Positions 12,846 through 25,851 of a stretch of DNA of 64,000 bases are shown one piece after another. The stretch lies in assembly GCF_006345805.1 (NCBI RefSeq), contig NC_043008.1, positions 58,838,001-58,902,000 of the forward strand. Reading direction: 5' to 3'. Position numbers and translations under genes: made by a program. Under the pieces are notes generated by a model. That model was not told where the DNA came from and searched no databases. It saw nothing but the letters and a program-made list of their open reading frames with translations. Numbering within the stretch: position 1 is the stretch's first letter; each line of letters opens with the position of its first letter. This stretch comes from Octopus sinensis (Eukaryota).

Positions 12846-13085
12846 TGCCGCATCTGGAATAGAATGGATGAAACCATTCAAGGAGAATTGTAGGGAAATT
12901 GGAATACAGTGTCCAGTAGAACTGTTACAAAATGCTTGCCTACTTGGCACAGCCAGAATAATCAGGAAAGTATTAGATAGCTGAAAAGACTGGATAGCAA
13001 TGTACCGTAGGCTGCAGGTAGCAAGACCACTACGCATATAAGACTTCAGGAGCTCCAATATAAGTTGTGTTAAAGACAAATAATA
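12846..13085 (+). mobile_element. Dong/R4-clade non-LTR retrotransposon 3' end
   Basis: ENCREIGIQCPVELLQNACLLGTARIIRKVLDS* (stop about 12982-84), the typical R4/Dong C-terminus. A short 3' UTR follows, ending at TAATAA. Confidence 0.8.
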
Positions 13086-13664
13086 ATACCCATGTGGGTA
13101 TTTTCTTTCTGACATATAATTTTTTTCCCACTATTTAACTATTTTTAAATCTATTATTTTATAACCTATTTTTTTTTCGGAGCTACATTTGCATATGTTC
13201 ACATGACACATTTGCTTATGTTCACTACTTGTTAATTCCCCTAAAGGTGGGAAAACAATTTTGATTTAATTTCTTGCTGTTATTAGCTTATATTCATACT
13301 GTGATGTTTATTTCTATACTACCACAGTAGTTATTTAAGAAGCAATTTCAAATTACAGAAGAAAGTTTAACTACTTCTATCATATCCAATTTACTGAGAC
13401 TACATCCTTAAAAACTATTATTATGATTTCTCCTGGTATGAGGCCAAATATTTATTGAGAAACGACTAAATAATTAAATAAACCCTGAACTTTCTGGTAT
13501 TTGCGTTATCGACTCAGGAAGGATAAAAGCTAAAATTTCGAATATAGCGATGTTTGAAGTCAGAACCCGATCGAATATAATCGATGTTTAACACCCGTTA
13601 TATCACATATGCAATTAATAATATCTATAATAATTATAATATTTATATATCTATCATATATTAA

Positions 13665-13905
13665 CTGTTTCAGTCATTGAGCGGCGGACATAGAAGGAGG
13701 CTGCTTTGAAGAGCGACCCCAGGACTTCTGTTTCTAAAGTGTGGCACTTATGACATCTAATTTTGGTGAACCACTAAGTTACAGACATAAAGAAAATAAC
13801 ACTGGGTATCAAGCGTTGTTGGGGCACAAAATACAAACACATCGATACGCATACACACGTGTATGAATGTGTGTATATATATATATGTATGTATATATAC
13901 ATATG

Positions 13906-13944
<39 letters not shown>

Positions 13945-14145
13945 TATATATACGTGTGTGTCTGTGTTTGTGTCTGTGCATATGCACTTATACGATGCAC
14001 TTCGATCGGGTTCCGTCTAACACATTCACCCACAAGGCTTTAGTTGGCCCCTGTGTTTTGTAGAAAACACTTGACCAAGGTGCCATGCAGTGGGTCTGAA
14101 CCTGAGACCATGTGGTTGAGAAGCAGACATTTTATCGCATAGCCA
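13665..14145 (-). mobile_element. Degraded SINE family A
   Basis: Reverse-complement matches to the tail (TGTTTCAGTCATT), internal microsatellite, CORE-like motif (GAAAACACTTGACCAAGGTGCC) and head. Confidence 0.7.
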
Positions 14146-14699
14146 GGCTAGATAATATTTATCACACTGAATAACACGATTTTTGTCCTTGGGTAGCAAC
14201 TGTTAATTCCTATTTCCTTAGAAGGTATAAAAAATGGTTAATATTTCCTTCAAACTTTTCCTCTGTTACATTTATTCAAACCCCGAAGACTCCCTCTTAG
14301 CACATAGTTATGATGTTTCCTCACTACTCCTCCGCATGGTCAGAGATGTACGTATTGTGATCCAGTAAGAGACATGCTCAAGTACTGAGGGCAAGTAAAA
14401 GACAAGCAAATCTTGTATTCAGCAGAATATTTGCTTTAACGACATTTATGCTTCAGCAACTAAGTGCTAAATACACCGCCGACAGTTTTTGTTGACAAAC
14501 AACAGCAGTAATTTTATTCAGCTGAATACACGTCATTGATTGGTTGCAATTACCGAAACACGAGAACTTCGGAAACAAACTTTTCTCATGCTACGAGAAT
14601 AAACGATGTTTTATATGACACATTCTACCAGTATATGAAGTTTGAAAGTGTTTAGTTACAAAAAACAATTTTTTAAATCTGCCGGTCAAAATGCAAATA

Positions 14700-14966
<267 letters not shown>

Positions 14967-15384
14967 TTTAAATTAAATTAGAGATACTCCCTAATACTAT
15001 TATATATATATATACTTTTCTAAATTTATGCGTGAGTCTGTATGTGTGCACTACTACTTATTCTTCTTTTTATTAAATGTGATATTTAATTTGCTTTCAC
15101 TTTGTAGGCAAGATTACTATGTACGTAATATCACATATCACAATGGCAAAGCAAAAAGGAAGGTTCAAAATACTATCATATGTATACATTTACACACATG
15201 CATACACATTGACATATAATTAAGAAAAGAATGAAATATAATACAAAGAAATATTGCCTTTCATAAACATTCTTACGTAAATAAAACATGACAGTATATG
15301 TATTAAAAATAAAACGTAAACGGATCAAAGCTAGGTTAAGCCCCTACGAAATCTTGATTGTTTCACAAAAAATATATTTCTGTC

Positions 15385-16030
15385 TACTATATGCACAAGA
15401 ACAAAGATTTTAGGGAAGAGATTAAGTCGATTACACTTATATCAGTGTTCAACTGGTACTTATTGCATCGACCTCAGAAGGACGAAAGACAATGTCGACC
15501 TTGACGGAAGAACGTATATACTGAAGAAATGCCGCTAAGCGTTTTTTACGGCACATCAGTTCATCGCCTTAAATAATTATGACAATCCTTTGTACTATAG
15601 GCATTAGGGGTGAAATTGTGTGGTGAGCGGCTAGTCAATTACATTGACCCTTGTGCTCAACCGGTATTTATTTCATCGAATTCGAAAGAACGGTAGGCAA
15701 AGTGGTTTTCAGTGAAATTCACCTCATAACTTTAGCAGGAAGAAATAAGACGGATAATTTGTCTTTTTCCGATTCGCTCCCAATTCCACCAACCCGCCGC
15801 TTTTATAATAATCATGATCGTTTTTATCGGAATTTTCTGTGAGGATGAGGAAAGTTGATTACATCGATCCCTGTTCTTTACTGGCACGTAATTCTATCGA
15901 AACTGAATGTGTATGAAAGGCAAAATTGACCATTGCGAAAATTGAACTTAGGGTGTAAAAGCGAATGAAATTCACTAAGCATTTTGTCGGCGTGTTAAAA
16001 ATACTTCCATCTCGCCGCCTCGCTAATAAC
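15385..16030 (-). mobile_element. Three degraded SINE family B fragments (about 15385-15560, 15590-15720, 15850-16030)
   Basis: Each contains GTCGATTACA(T/C)..., AACTGG(T/C)AC.. and GAAAGGCAAA(G/A)T motifs of the family B reverse complement. Confidence 0.6.
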
Positions 16031-16069
16031 GAATAGATAAAGAAATACATAAAAGATTAATGAAAATTT

Positions 16070-16140
16070 TAGAGAGGTAAGTTTTATGGTAAAGTTTTAT
16101 GGTAAAGTTTTAGAGGTGAGTAAGTTTTAAGGTAAAGAAA
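16070..16140. repeat. Short minisatellite, about 13-bp unit (GGTAAAGTTTTAT)
   Basis: GGTAAGTTTTAT-GGTAAAGTTTTAT-GGTAAAGTTTTAG...GTAAGTTTTAA-GGTAAAG. Confidence 0.7.
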
Positions 16141-16336
16141 ATGGTAAGGAAAAGAATTCAAAGGATTGATTTTAACGAGAGTAGATCTATATTTAAGCGG
16201 AGAAATAATATGTTGTTTGATTGCACAGCAACAAGGGCCTATATTCTGGACCACTTTATTGTCACGAATATTTTATTCTTCTAATTAAACGGTGACTTGA
16301 CAGAATCGTTTGTACTTCGGGAAAAATGCTCAGCAG

Positions 16337-16740
16337 CATTTTGTCACCTTTTACGTTCTGGGTTCAAATCCCGGCGACATCGATTTCTTTTTCGTCCCTT
16401 TCACAGCTGGAAAAAATAAGTATCAGTTGAGCACAGCTAATTGACAGATATCTTTCCTCAAAATTGCTGGCCTTATGCCAAAATGTGAAACCAAAAGTAA
16501 GTGGATGGGTGGACATACAGTGGAGTTTTTACTTCATTTTGTCAACCTTTACGTTCTGGGTTCAAATCCCGGCGACATCGACTTTCCCTTTCGTCCCTTT
16601 CGCCGCTGGAAAAAAATAAGTGCCAGTTGAGCACTGCTAATTGACAGATATCTTTCCTCAAAATTGCTGGCCTTATGCCAAAATGTGAAGCCAAAAGTAA
16701 GTGGGTGGGTGGACATAGAGAGGAGTTTTTGCTTCATTTT
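16337..16740 (+). repeat. Tandem duplication (about 198-bp unit) of a family B-related SINE body
   Basis: Units start CATTTTGTCA at 16337 and 16535, with high identity throughout. Confidence 0.9.
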
Positions 16741-17079
16741 CGATTTTGGGAAGACACATATTTGTGGCAAATGTTCACTACATTATTAAAACTATCTCGG
16801 CTACGCAAATGACATTTTCTAAATACATTAAAAACATTATGCCATAGTCTGAAAGCTATTTCAGGAAGCCAAGAAAAGGAAAATGTGCTTCTTCAATTCT
16901 TCAGAATTACATTTGAAAACACGTATACACATCAAAATCCATCCTTAAACATGAGAAAGATCATTAATGCAACAGACATTTAAAATATATAGGTCAAATG
17001 AAAGAGGAACATAGAAAAATGGCACCTCATAAGAAATTAACAAAACCCTATTAAATCAAAAAGACTCAACATAAAATAT

Positions 17080-17313
17080 CCATTTCTTTACTGCCCACAA
17101 GAGGCTATACACAGCGGGGACAAAGAAGGACAGACACACGGATTAAGTCGATTACATCGACCCCAGTGCGTAACTGGTACTTATTTAATCGACCCCGAAA
17201 TGATGAAAGGCAAAGTCGACCTCGGCGAAATTTGAACTCAGAACGTAACGGCAGACGAAATACGGCTACGCATTTCGCCCAGCGTGCTAACGTTCCTGCC
17301 AGCTCGCCGCCTT
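17080..17313 (-). mobile_element. Full-length SINE family B with 17-bp TSD
   Basis: GACTCAACATAAAATAT at 17063-17079 and 17314-17330 brackets the element. Confidence 0.95.
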
Positions 17314-17646
17314 GACTCAACATAAAATATTCTCTACAGTTTCTTCACGATCTGCTACAGTGTCTTTTTTCCTAATATATTTATGCACCGTGCAGTTAAA
17401 GAGAAGGAATTATTGAAATTATTCATGGTTCATTTTACCCCATCTTTTTTTTGAAAATTGAAAATGATCAAATCAGATATTTGTGTGAGAAAAAAAAATT
17501 GACTTGGAATCCAACAGAGAAAAGAATATTGATTTTTAAACACTAAAAATTATCCAGATATTTTATTTGCAATCTCAATTACATTCGGGTGAATGTTAAC
17601 GAAAAATTTCATAAAGATAAAATGGTTTCTGTCACCTGACTATATT

Positions 17647-18750
17647 TTACAACTTCCCAACTTCAACAACAACAATTATATGCTGACTAATTTTTACTCC
17701 TAAACATGATGCAACAGCACAAAATGATAATGGAATACTTGCATTGTAATGATTTCAGGCAAAAATGGAGAAAATAATAAGAAACAAGGAATTACTCATT
17801 TTGCCCCGATTACAAATTTTGCTCCCCCCTCCCCCTCCTCCTACTACTACTACTACTAATACTACTACTACTTATACTACTACAACTACTACTACCACCA
17901 CCACCACCACCACAACTACTACTACTCTACTACCACCACCACTACTACTACTACCACCACAACCTCCACTAATATCACCACCACCACCACCACCACCACC
18001 ACCACCACCACCACCACTACCACTACTACTACTACTACTACTACTAATACTAATACTACTACTACTACTTTTATCTTTCAAACACCGAAATCACGAAGTT
18101 AAATATGATAACGATGGATTTCAACTCAGAATGTAAAGAAAAGCGTAGAAAGCAGCACAGTATTTTAGTCAACGCTCTCGTAAATCGTCTGGGTCACATC
18201 ACTGTGTGTTTAAGGATCACGATTTACTATGACGTCGTTTCGTGTTTAGTTACAATGCGCAACACTTCGAACGAGTGTCTTTTATTGTACCCATGGACAG
18301 CCCAAAAACCTGTGTGAATTTCACTGACAGAAACAGTGCAGAAACCCATCGCACGCACACACACACACACACACACGCATACACATACATACAAGTACGT
18401 ATGTTTTATCTTTTGAGATTAATTTAAGTTCCTTTTGAGCGCTTTGAAGCCGGTCTCTAACAAAACGACAAAGTTTTTGGAGTGACGAGAATTCCTGATG
18501 TTTCTAAATATGTGATTGAGTTGGTATATCTTACAATTTCCCAACTTCAACAACAACAACTATATGCTGACTAATTTTTACTCCTAAAGATGATGCAACA
18601 GCATAAAATGATAATGGAATACTTGCATTGTAATGATTTCAGGCAAAAATGGAGAAAATAATAAGAATCCAAGAACTACTCATTTTACCCCGATTACAAA
18701 TTTTGCCCTTGCACTTCCTCCTCCTCCTCCTCCTACTACTACTACTACTG

Positions 18751-18796
<46 letters not shown>

Positions 18797-18815
18797 AAGT
18801 AGTAGTAGTAGTAGT
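17647..18815. repeat. Dispersed direct duplication of about 175 bp (17647-17822 and 18531-18706), each followed by a (CCT/CTA/CCA)n tract
   Basis: TTACAA(C/T)TTCCCAACTTCAACAACAAC...CCGATTACAAATTTTGC occurs twice at offset 884. Confidence 0.9.
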
Positions 18816-19084
18816 AGAACTGTCGAGGCATACACCCAATACATGCATCCAGGATGCATCTATTCACCTAAGAATCTCAAATGGAAAATTTCTGCAATGT
18901 CTAAACAAAATCTTCACTGTGCCACTAATAGATTGGATTTCGAGAATTTGCGTCTGTTTCTTCTGCTCCATCTGCTTGAAACCGAATATTTCTAGGGTTT
19001 GTGAAAATGTGTTGATGCATAACCTTATGCACCCACGATGATAGGTACAAACGAGAATTCATTGTCAGGTTATAAGCGCTGTAA

Positions 19085-19425
19085 GTTTTGCGTTGATCCG
19101 CCCTCAATGTTCTCTTTTGCTTGTATCTTCACATCGGCTGGGTAACTTACCTCTACAACAGATCATGTCTTTTGTTCCCTGCATGTATGTATGTCGGGCA
19201 TGTGGAAGAGAGTGTAATTTGGCAGGAGGACTTAAACGACATGCAAAGGTACATGAAGCCCAGTTACAACTACAGCCGGCTATTACCAGTAAAGTTTTTA
19301 GTTGTACAAGACATTGTAGATCTTTAGCTGGGCTAAAAATTCACATTCGATCACAGCACCAATAAAAGTTAAGCTTCGTGCAATGGCCATTCTCGATAAC
19401 GAGGGGGCAGCCATAATAATAATAA
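19085..19425 (+). mobile_element. RTE LINE 3' end with C-terminal C2H2 zinc finger(s) and (ATA)n tail
   Basis: YVCRACGRECNLAGGLKRHAKVH...FSCTRHCRSLAGLKIHIRSQHQ* (stop 19363-65), a short 3' UTR ending GGCAGCC, then (ATA)n. Confidence 0.75.
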
Positions 19426-19643
19426 TGTATGTATGTATATATGTATGCATGCATGCTTGTATGTGTGTGTGCTTGTATATGTGTATGCATGTGTCCTTGT
19501 GTTTGCGTTTGTTCCTCACCACCTCTTAACTATCGTTGTTCGTTTATTTACATCCCCCTTGTACATCAGTGGTTCGACAAAAGAACCCGTTGGAATAATT
19601 TTCAGAGTTTGAATAACTACTGGAGGCGACTTCTTTGACCAAG

Positions 19644-19982
19644 CTCTTCTCGGCTCTACCCCAGCATGGCCACAGTGCAAAGACAAACCCATAAACAGTA
19701 AATTACAGCACTCATTCCTAAAATAGACAGAAGATTTTAGATTTCGTGCCAAGTGTTTTCTCGATTAAGTCGACACCCTGTGCTTTATTACATCTAACTC
19801 AACCTGACACCAAACTCTTCGCGGCTCTACCCCAGCATGGCCACAGTGCAAAGACAAACCCATAAACAGTAAATGACAGCACTGGTTCCTAAAATAGACA
19901 GAAGATTTTAGATTTCGTGCCAAGTGTTTTCTCGATTAAGTCGACACCCTGTGCTTTATTACATCTAACTCAACCTGACACC
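19644..19982. repeat. Tandem duplication, 171-bp unit
   Basis: CTCTTC(T/G)CGGCTCTACCCCAGCATGGCC...CAACCTGACACC at 19644 and 19815. Confidence 0.92.
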
Positions 19983-20349
19983 GGAGGCATTTGACCTCAG
20001 AGCGCAATATCGGAAGAAATGCGTCTAAGCAATTTTTCCTTGCAGTAACAATTCTCCCAGCTCGCCGTCATAATAGTTATAGGAATAACGATTTGTAAAG
20101 TAGTTAATCGGCTTCAATTTTAGTGCGGAAATGACCAATCTTAATACTTGACTGCTTCAATTTTCATCGCCTCCTGAAAGCAAATTAACCTTAATGGGAT
20201 TTAATCCTGTGCTGTCGATATCAAATTTATTTCTTTATGCTATGGTTTTGTTTTGCAATTGTTCACTGTAAAACCGTTTAAGATTTTAAGGTTTGATTCA
20301 ATGTAATTCATCATTTGTAAATTCATTTTCTTATAATAATTTCAAATTT

Positions 20350-20548
20350 TGCCACAAGAGCAGCCATTTTGGATGCGGGGTTGAGTCGATTTCATCGATT
20401 CCAGTGTTTCACTGGTACATAACTTATCGACCCGACCCCAGTTTTTCGCTGGTACTTGGTTTAACGACCCCGAAAAGATGTAAGGCTTAGTCAAATTCGG
20501 CGGAATTTCGGCCAGCGTGCTAACAATTCTGTCAGCTGGCCGCCTTTA
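20350..20548 (-). mobile_element. Degraded SINE family B
   Basis: Family B core and head (GTCAGCTGGCCGCCTT) in reverse complement. Confidence 0.65.
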
Positions 20549-20800
20549 TTTTCCTATCAAAATAAAATTAGTAGTTCCTATCAATATCGTTTTTATATTC
20601 AAGCCTTATTTCTTACATATTTCTGTTCACGATCCTTTACTACCTAGGTTTTCCGAGTAGCATATTCTGATAATAAAATATAGAGATATGTATATCAGTT
20701 ACATACAGGATAAATTTTGCTGGATATTTTGAAATCCAGACATTTCAATTATGACAGCCACTCCATTGTCACATATCAGATTGATCTGAATTGACATTTT

Positions 20801-21011
20801 TCTCTTTTATCTCTTTTACTTGTTTCAGTCATTTGACTGTGGCCATGCTAGAGCACCGCCTTTAGTCGAGCAAATCGACCCCAGGACTTATTTTTTGTAA
20901 GCCTAGTACTTATTCTATCGGTCTCTTCTACTGAACCGCTAAGTTACGGGGACGTAAACACACCAGCATCGGTTGTCAAGCGATGTTGGGGGGACAAACA
21001 CAGACACACAA

Positions 21012-21042
<31 letters not shown>

Positions 21043-21213
21043 CATATATACGACGGGATTCTTTCAGTTTTCGTGTACCAAATCCACTCACAAGGCTTTG
21101 GTCGGCCCGAGGCTATAGTAGAAGACACTTGTCCAAGGTGCCACGCAGTGGGACTGAACCCGGAACCATGCGGTTGGTAAGCAAACTACTTACCACACAG
21201 CCACTCCTGCGCC
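20801..21213 (-). mobile_element. SINE family A, full length
   Basis: Reverse complement of the 6307 copy; the 5' flank is again TATA. Confidence 0.9.
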
Positions 21214-21779
21214 TATATTTATTTTCAGTTTTCGAGGTGGAAAACTATTCGCTGTATAGTTATAAAACTTGGTTTGTAATAATCTGGTTTTGAGTTCATC
21301 GCACGGTGCTGCACCATGAGCAATTGTACTCTACCATAGCCCGGGAAAACAAAGGTTGGTGCGTGAATTCGGTAGCGGAATTCGTGTGGAAGCCAGTCGT
21401 AAATATAAGTGTATTTATGTGTATATGTGTCTTTGTGTCTGTGCTTCTCTCCTATCATGAATTGAAAACCAGTGTTGGGTTGTTTACATCCCCATAGCTA
21501 TGTAGTTATAGCCCCGATAAGATAAGCACGACACTTCGTAGTTATAACTTTTTAGTTATAACCGATAACATAAGCACGAAATTTCATGAATAAAAGCTAG
21601 GGTCAGTTTGTTCCGTCAACCACTTCAAGGCGGTGCCCCAGGTTTACTGAAGTACAATGAAATAAAAGATAAAAGATAAAGTATGTTATCCAGTTGAAGT
21701 TAATAAGGCATTTTACCAAAAGTAATGCAAAAGTAACGAAAACCGTGTATCTTATTAACTGCTATATATTTCGCTCAAA

Positions 21780-22035
21780 TTGATAGAAAGTTGATAGAAC
21801 ATTGTAAGAAATATTCTGCTTAACATTATCTCTATTACAAGAGATGTATTTGAGCCTTCGTTAAATCCTTTGTAAAAATACTCAGCTCTGTACTCTTCTA
21901 CCCATATCTTCCCAGTCGTTTTCACCTCGTTCGATGCATTTCAATTATTTTCTTCGAAGTCTCCCTTTCATTGCACCGAACAACTGGGTGTTAGAAAGCA
22001 CTAGATCTGGGCTGTGCGGTGGTTTGGGAACCAAG
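21780..22035 (-). mobile_element. Mariner transposase C-terminal remnant
   Basis: VPKPPHSPDLVLSNTQLFGAMKGRLRRK corresponds to the mariner HPPYSPDLAPSD..LFG.LK motif. Confidence 0.7.
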
Positions 22036-22094
22036 GGCTAGCAACTAGTGACCATCCCAATTTGTCGATTACTGTATTTGTTGCCATAATCTAA

Positions 22095-22231
22095 GCAGGC
22101 AAATCTGAGATATTGAGCAGAGTACTTGCTGTAGCCCATCTTTTATACCAAGACAAAACTTATACATGATAACACTTCTAATCAGCTAGGATCAGAAACC
22201 ATGAGAGCCAATGCCTGGTACTGCATCAGGG
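22095..22231 (-). mobile_element. 5' fragment of non-coding family D element
   Basis: Reverse complement of 32626-32765; abuts the (TAT)n tract at 22232-22510. Confidence 0.8.
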
Positions 22232-22252
22232 ATTTTATTATTACTATTATTA

Positions 22253-22286
<34 letters not shown>

Positions 22287-22376
22287 CATTATTATTATTA
22301 TGATTATTATTATTACTATTATTATTGTTATTATTATTATTATTATTTTTTTTTTACTATTATTATTATTATTATG

Positions 22377-22411
<35 letters not shown>

Positions 22412-22510
22412 TATTATTATTATTATTATTATTATGATTATTATTATTATTATATTATTATTATTATTATTATATTATTATTATTATCATTATTATTATT
22501 ATTATTAATG
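22232..22510. repeat. (TAT)n microsatellite
   Basis: About 280 bp of interrupted TAT repeats; source of the poly-Y/I/L ORF. Confidence 0.97.
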
Positions 22511-22703
22511 TCACTATTTTCATTACCACCTTGTTTCAATGCAGTTTCCATTTCTCTCGCGTGTCTTCCTGACATGAGAGTAGTTAAAAGGCAGAGCATG
22601 TATTAGTAGGCCATTAAAATAAACACACCAGATTGTTTATTTACAAAGGCATGTGATTGAGTAAAGGGCAAACACGACAGAGAGAAAAAAAGAAAAAAAA
22701 TTA

Positions 22704-22830
22704 ACACCAGGCACATGCCCCACAACCATATGTGAGCAATATGGTGATCTCGTATCAAGATAAACAGTGCATGACCTTGCAGATGAGAATCAGATAGAAT
22801 TTTCTTCGGGCCGAATAGCCCATCCTACTC
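22704..22830 (-). mobile_element. 3' fragment of family D element
   Basis: Reverse complement of about 32955-33078; followed by (AAT)n. Confidence 0.75.
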
Positions 22831-23618
22831 AATAATAATAATAATTATTATTATTATTATTGTTGTTGTTGTTGTTAAATGCATCCGCAAGATTTTTGCG
22901 TAGCAATATATAATTTGTTTAGTCTCCTAAATTACTCGAAGCTTTGGTAGCTTTCCGGCAATTTCTTTTCCTATTTTTCTACACATTAGATTCTACAGAT
23001 TAAGTTTCATCTTTTGTAAAGCAAATGAATAAAGTTAGATTGACTGTAAGTAGCGCCGGGAAAGAAGAAATTAGCAGCATCGTAGGAAGAAATTGATGAA
23101 TTTCTCTGCTGATAATACGTTATCTGTGAAGTCTAATACAAGGAAAACTTATTGCATATTATAATACTAAGCCTTCGCTAAATATCTGGAATATTGCCAG
23201 AATCTTTTGAAAACTGTGATGCGATTGGACTAAAATGTTATTAGGCTATAGCATTTTAATAAGGAAGATGTGAATTGCATAAACAGAGACTTCAGTGCTC
23301 GAAAATGGAATGATGTAATTTGTCAGTTGAAAAATATGTTAAAATAATATTAGATTATATGAACAACATTACAGGTTGGTTAACAGGTGGTGACAAACGG
23401 GGTTTGAATAACTAAGTTGAAATATATAGGGATATATTTTAGAAATTATTATTTCGGATAATTTTCAATGAGAAATAATGTTTTCCATTTCATAAAGCTC
23501 AGCGCCTTTTGACCGATATTTTTTTATTGTTCTTATTCAAATAGCTTAAATTTCATAGTCTATTTACCATTTTATCTTTCTTTCAACCCCCTCTCTTTCT
23601 CTCATATATATATATAGT

Positions 23619-23815
23619 CGCCATGATAGATCGTTAGCCACTACACACATTTTTCCCTCCTTGTTTCTCTCCTTGTTTTTTCTGTGTCCCTTTCTGTAGA
23701 AGAGCGTAGGCTCAAAATGTAAAAGACTTTTTCTATTCCTGAGCGTTATACTAATACATCTGTTTGTTTTGTACACCACCTGTCTTCGTCTTTTGTTTTT
23801 TTCGTAAACTCTCCC
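23619..23815 (+). mobile_element. Short Penelope-LTR-like repeat (family E) carrying a degenerate hammerhead, flanked by (TA)n
   Basis: Near-identical to 60041-60234 (-) and partly to 26666-26765 (-). The hammerhead-like core at 23690-23725 is mutated (CTGTAGA...AAAATGTA). Confidence 0.7.
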
Positions 23816-23862
<47 letters not shown>

Positions 23863-24133
23863 CTACATAGCACTGTGTCAGTAGGTATAGCAAAGTCTTC
23901 TTGTTTATGTATGTATATCTGAAGATCACAATCCTTGTTAGATCATTTGTCTATATAAGAACAATGCACCAGTGCATACTTGCATACAGACATAAAAAAT
24001 GTACATATATACATACATGCATATGCTTATGCACAAACATATATATGTAATTGTGTACGTTCATACATTTATATATGTATGTGTGTTCCACGTCCTCGCG
24101 TTGTTGTGTTTTTTTGTGCTTTCATGTTTGGAT

Positions 24134-24242
<109 letters not shown>

Positions 24243-24933
24243 ATGTGTGTACGTGTGTATGTACATACAATATTGTGTGCTTTTGTGTATGTAATTAATA
24301 GCGGTTTGTGTTTACAACCAAAAGGAGTTACCATTCAATGAAACAATAACAGACTATAAGCTTTTATTTCTAAGCTGAACCTTCAGAAATTACATCTGGT
24401 AGTATCACATTTCCGATCTTCAGGCCACTTGTAAGATTGAAACACTAGCGCTACTCTATATAATAATAGGCTGATTGAAATCATTTCAAAAGATCCAGAA
24501 AGTTATTAAGAATGCCATTAGTCAAAAACACCCAATGGTAACAGAACCACACGAAGGATAAGAACGTGAATTGACAATAATAATAGTAGTAGTAGTAGTA
24601 GTAGAGTAGTAGTAGTAGTAGTAGTAGAGTAGTAGTAGTAGTAGTAGTAGTAGTTAAGGATATGGGAAAAGAACGAATAAACGTATAATTTGAATAAATT
24701 AAAACAAAAGATGAAGAAGGAAATGTACATGTTAATGCACTTAACAGAAGTATAACTAAAACTAATATGGCGACGTGGGTCATGAAAATGCGACGTTCTG
24801 TTTAGCTACGTAAAATATTCTAGAGATGAGTGAATTCAGTATTTCTTAAGGTAATTCATGTGTATAAAAATAAAACAACGTCGTTGGTTAATGTAAGTAT
24901 TCGGTGAATGATATAGACTTTATATAAGGCAGT

Positions 24934-25318
24934 GTGGAAGCGCAATGGCCCAGTGGTTAGAGCAGCGGACTCGCGGTCATGGGATCGTTGTTTCGATTCG
25001 CAGACCGGGCGTTGTGAGTGTTTATTGAGCGAAAACACCTAAAAGAACCACGAGGCTCCGGCAGGGGATGGTGGTGATCCCTGCTGTACTCTTTCACCAC
25101 AACTTTCTCTCACTCTTACTTCCTGTTTCTGTTGTACCTGTATTTCAAGGGGCCGGCCTTGTCACTCTCTGTGTCACGCTGAATATCCCCGAGAACTACG
25201 TTAAGGGTGCACGTGTCTGTGGAGTGCTCAGCCACTTACACGTTAATTTCACGAGCGGGCTGTTCCGTTGATTCGGATCAACCGGAACCCTCATCGTCGT
25301 AACCGACGGAGTGCTTCC
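24934..25318 (+). mobile_element. Full-length SINE family C (tRNA-Arg-like head, probably octopus OR-type) with 12-bp TSD
   Basis: ATATAAGGCAGT at 24922-24933 and 25319-25330. A-box TGGCCCAGTGG, TCG at the anticodon-like position, and B-box-like GTTTCGATTC. Confidence 0.92.
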
Positions 25319-25771
25319 ATATAAGGCAGTACACGGATAACATTGTTGGTTACAGATATTTAGGTTAGAAGTTCACATCCCAACGAGGTCAATGTTGCTT
25401 TACATATATTATGTAAGGGAGAAAATAATATCCTTGTTAAGGACTGCCATTGATATATTCCACTATATATCTTAAAAGTGATGTTAACATCCACGCTTCG
25501 CTGGTTTAATATTATATATCAATGTAAAATTTAATAGTATTGGAGTTTATTTTTTAGATATGCACCAATTAAGTATATTGCGGAGTTTAATAATTATCAC
25601 ACTTAGATATATGGGACAAGGATTTGGTCGTTCCAAAGCTATATATATATAGTAGAAGACACTTGCTCAGGGTGACACACAGTCAGATTTATCATGGAAC
25701 TATGTGGTTGTGAAGCAAGCCTCTAACCACACACCCACCTCTGTGCCTGTGTATGTTTATATATATATACA

Positions 25772-25848
<77 letters not shown>

Positions 25849-25851
<3 letters not shown>

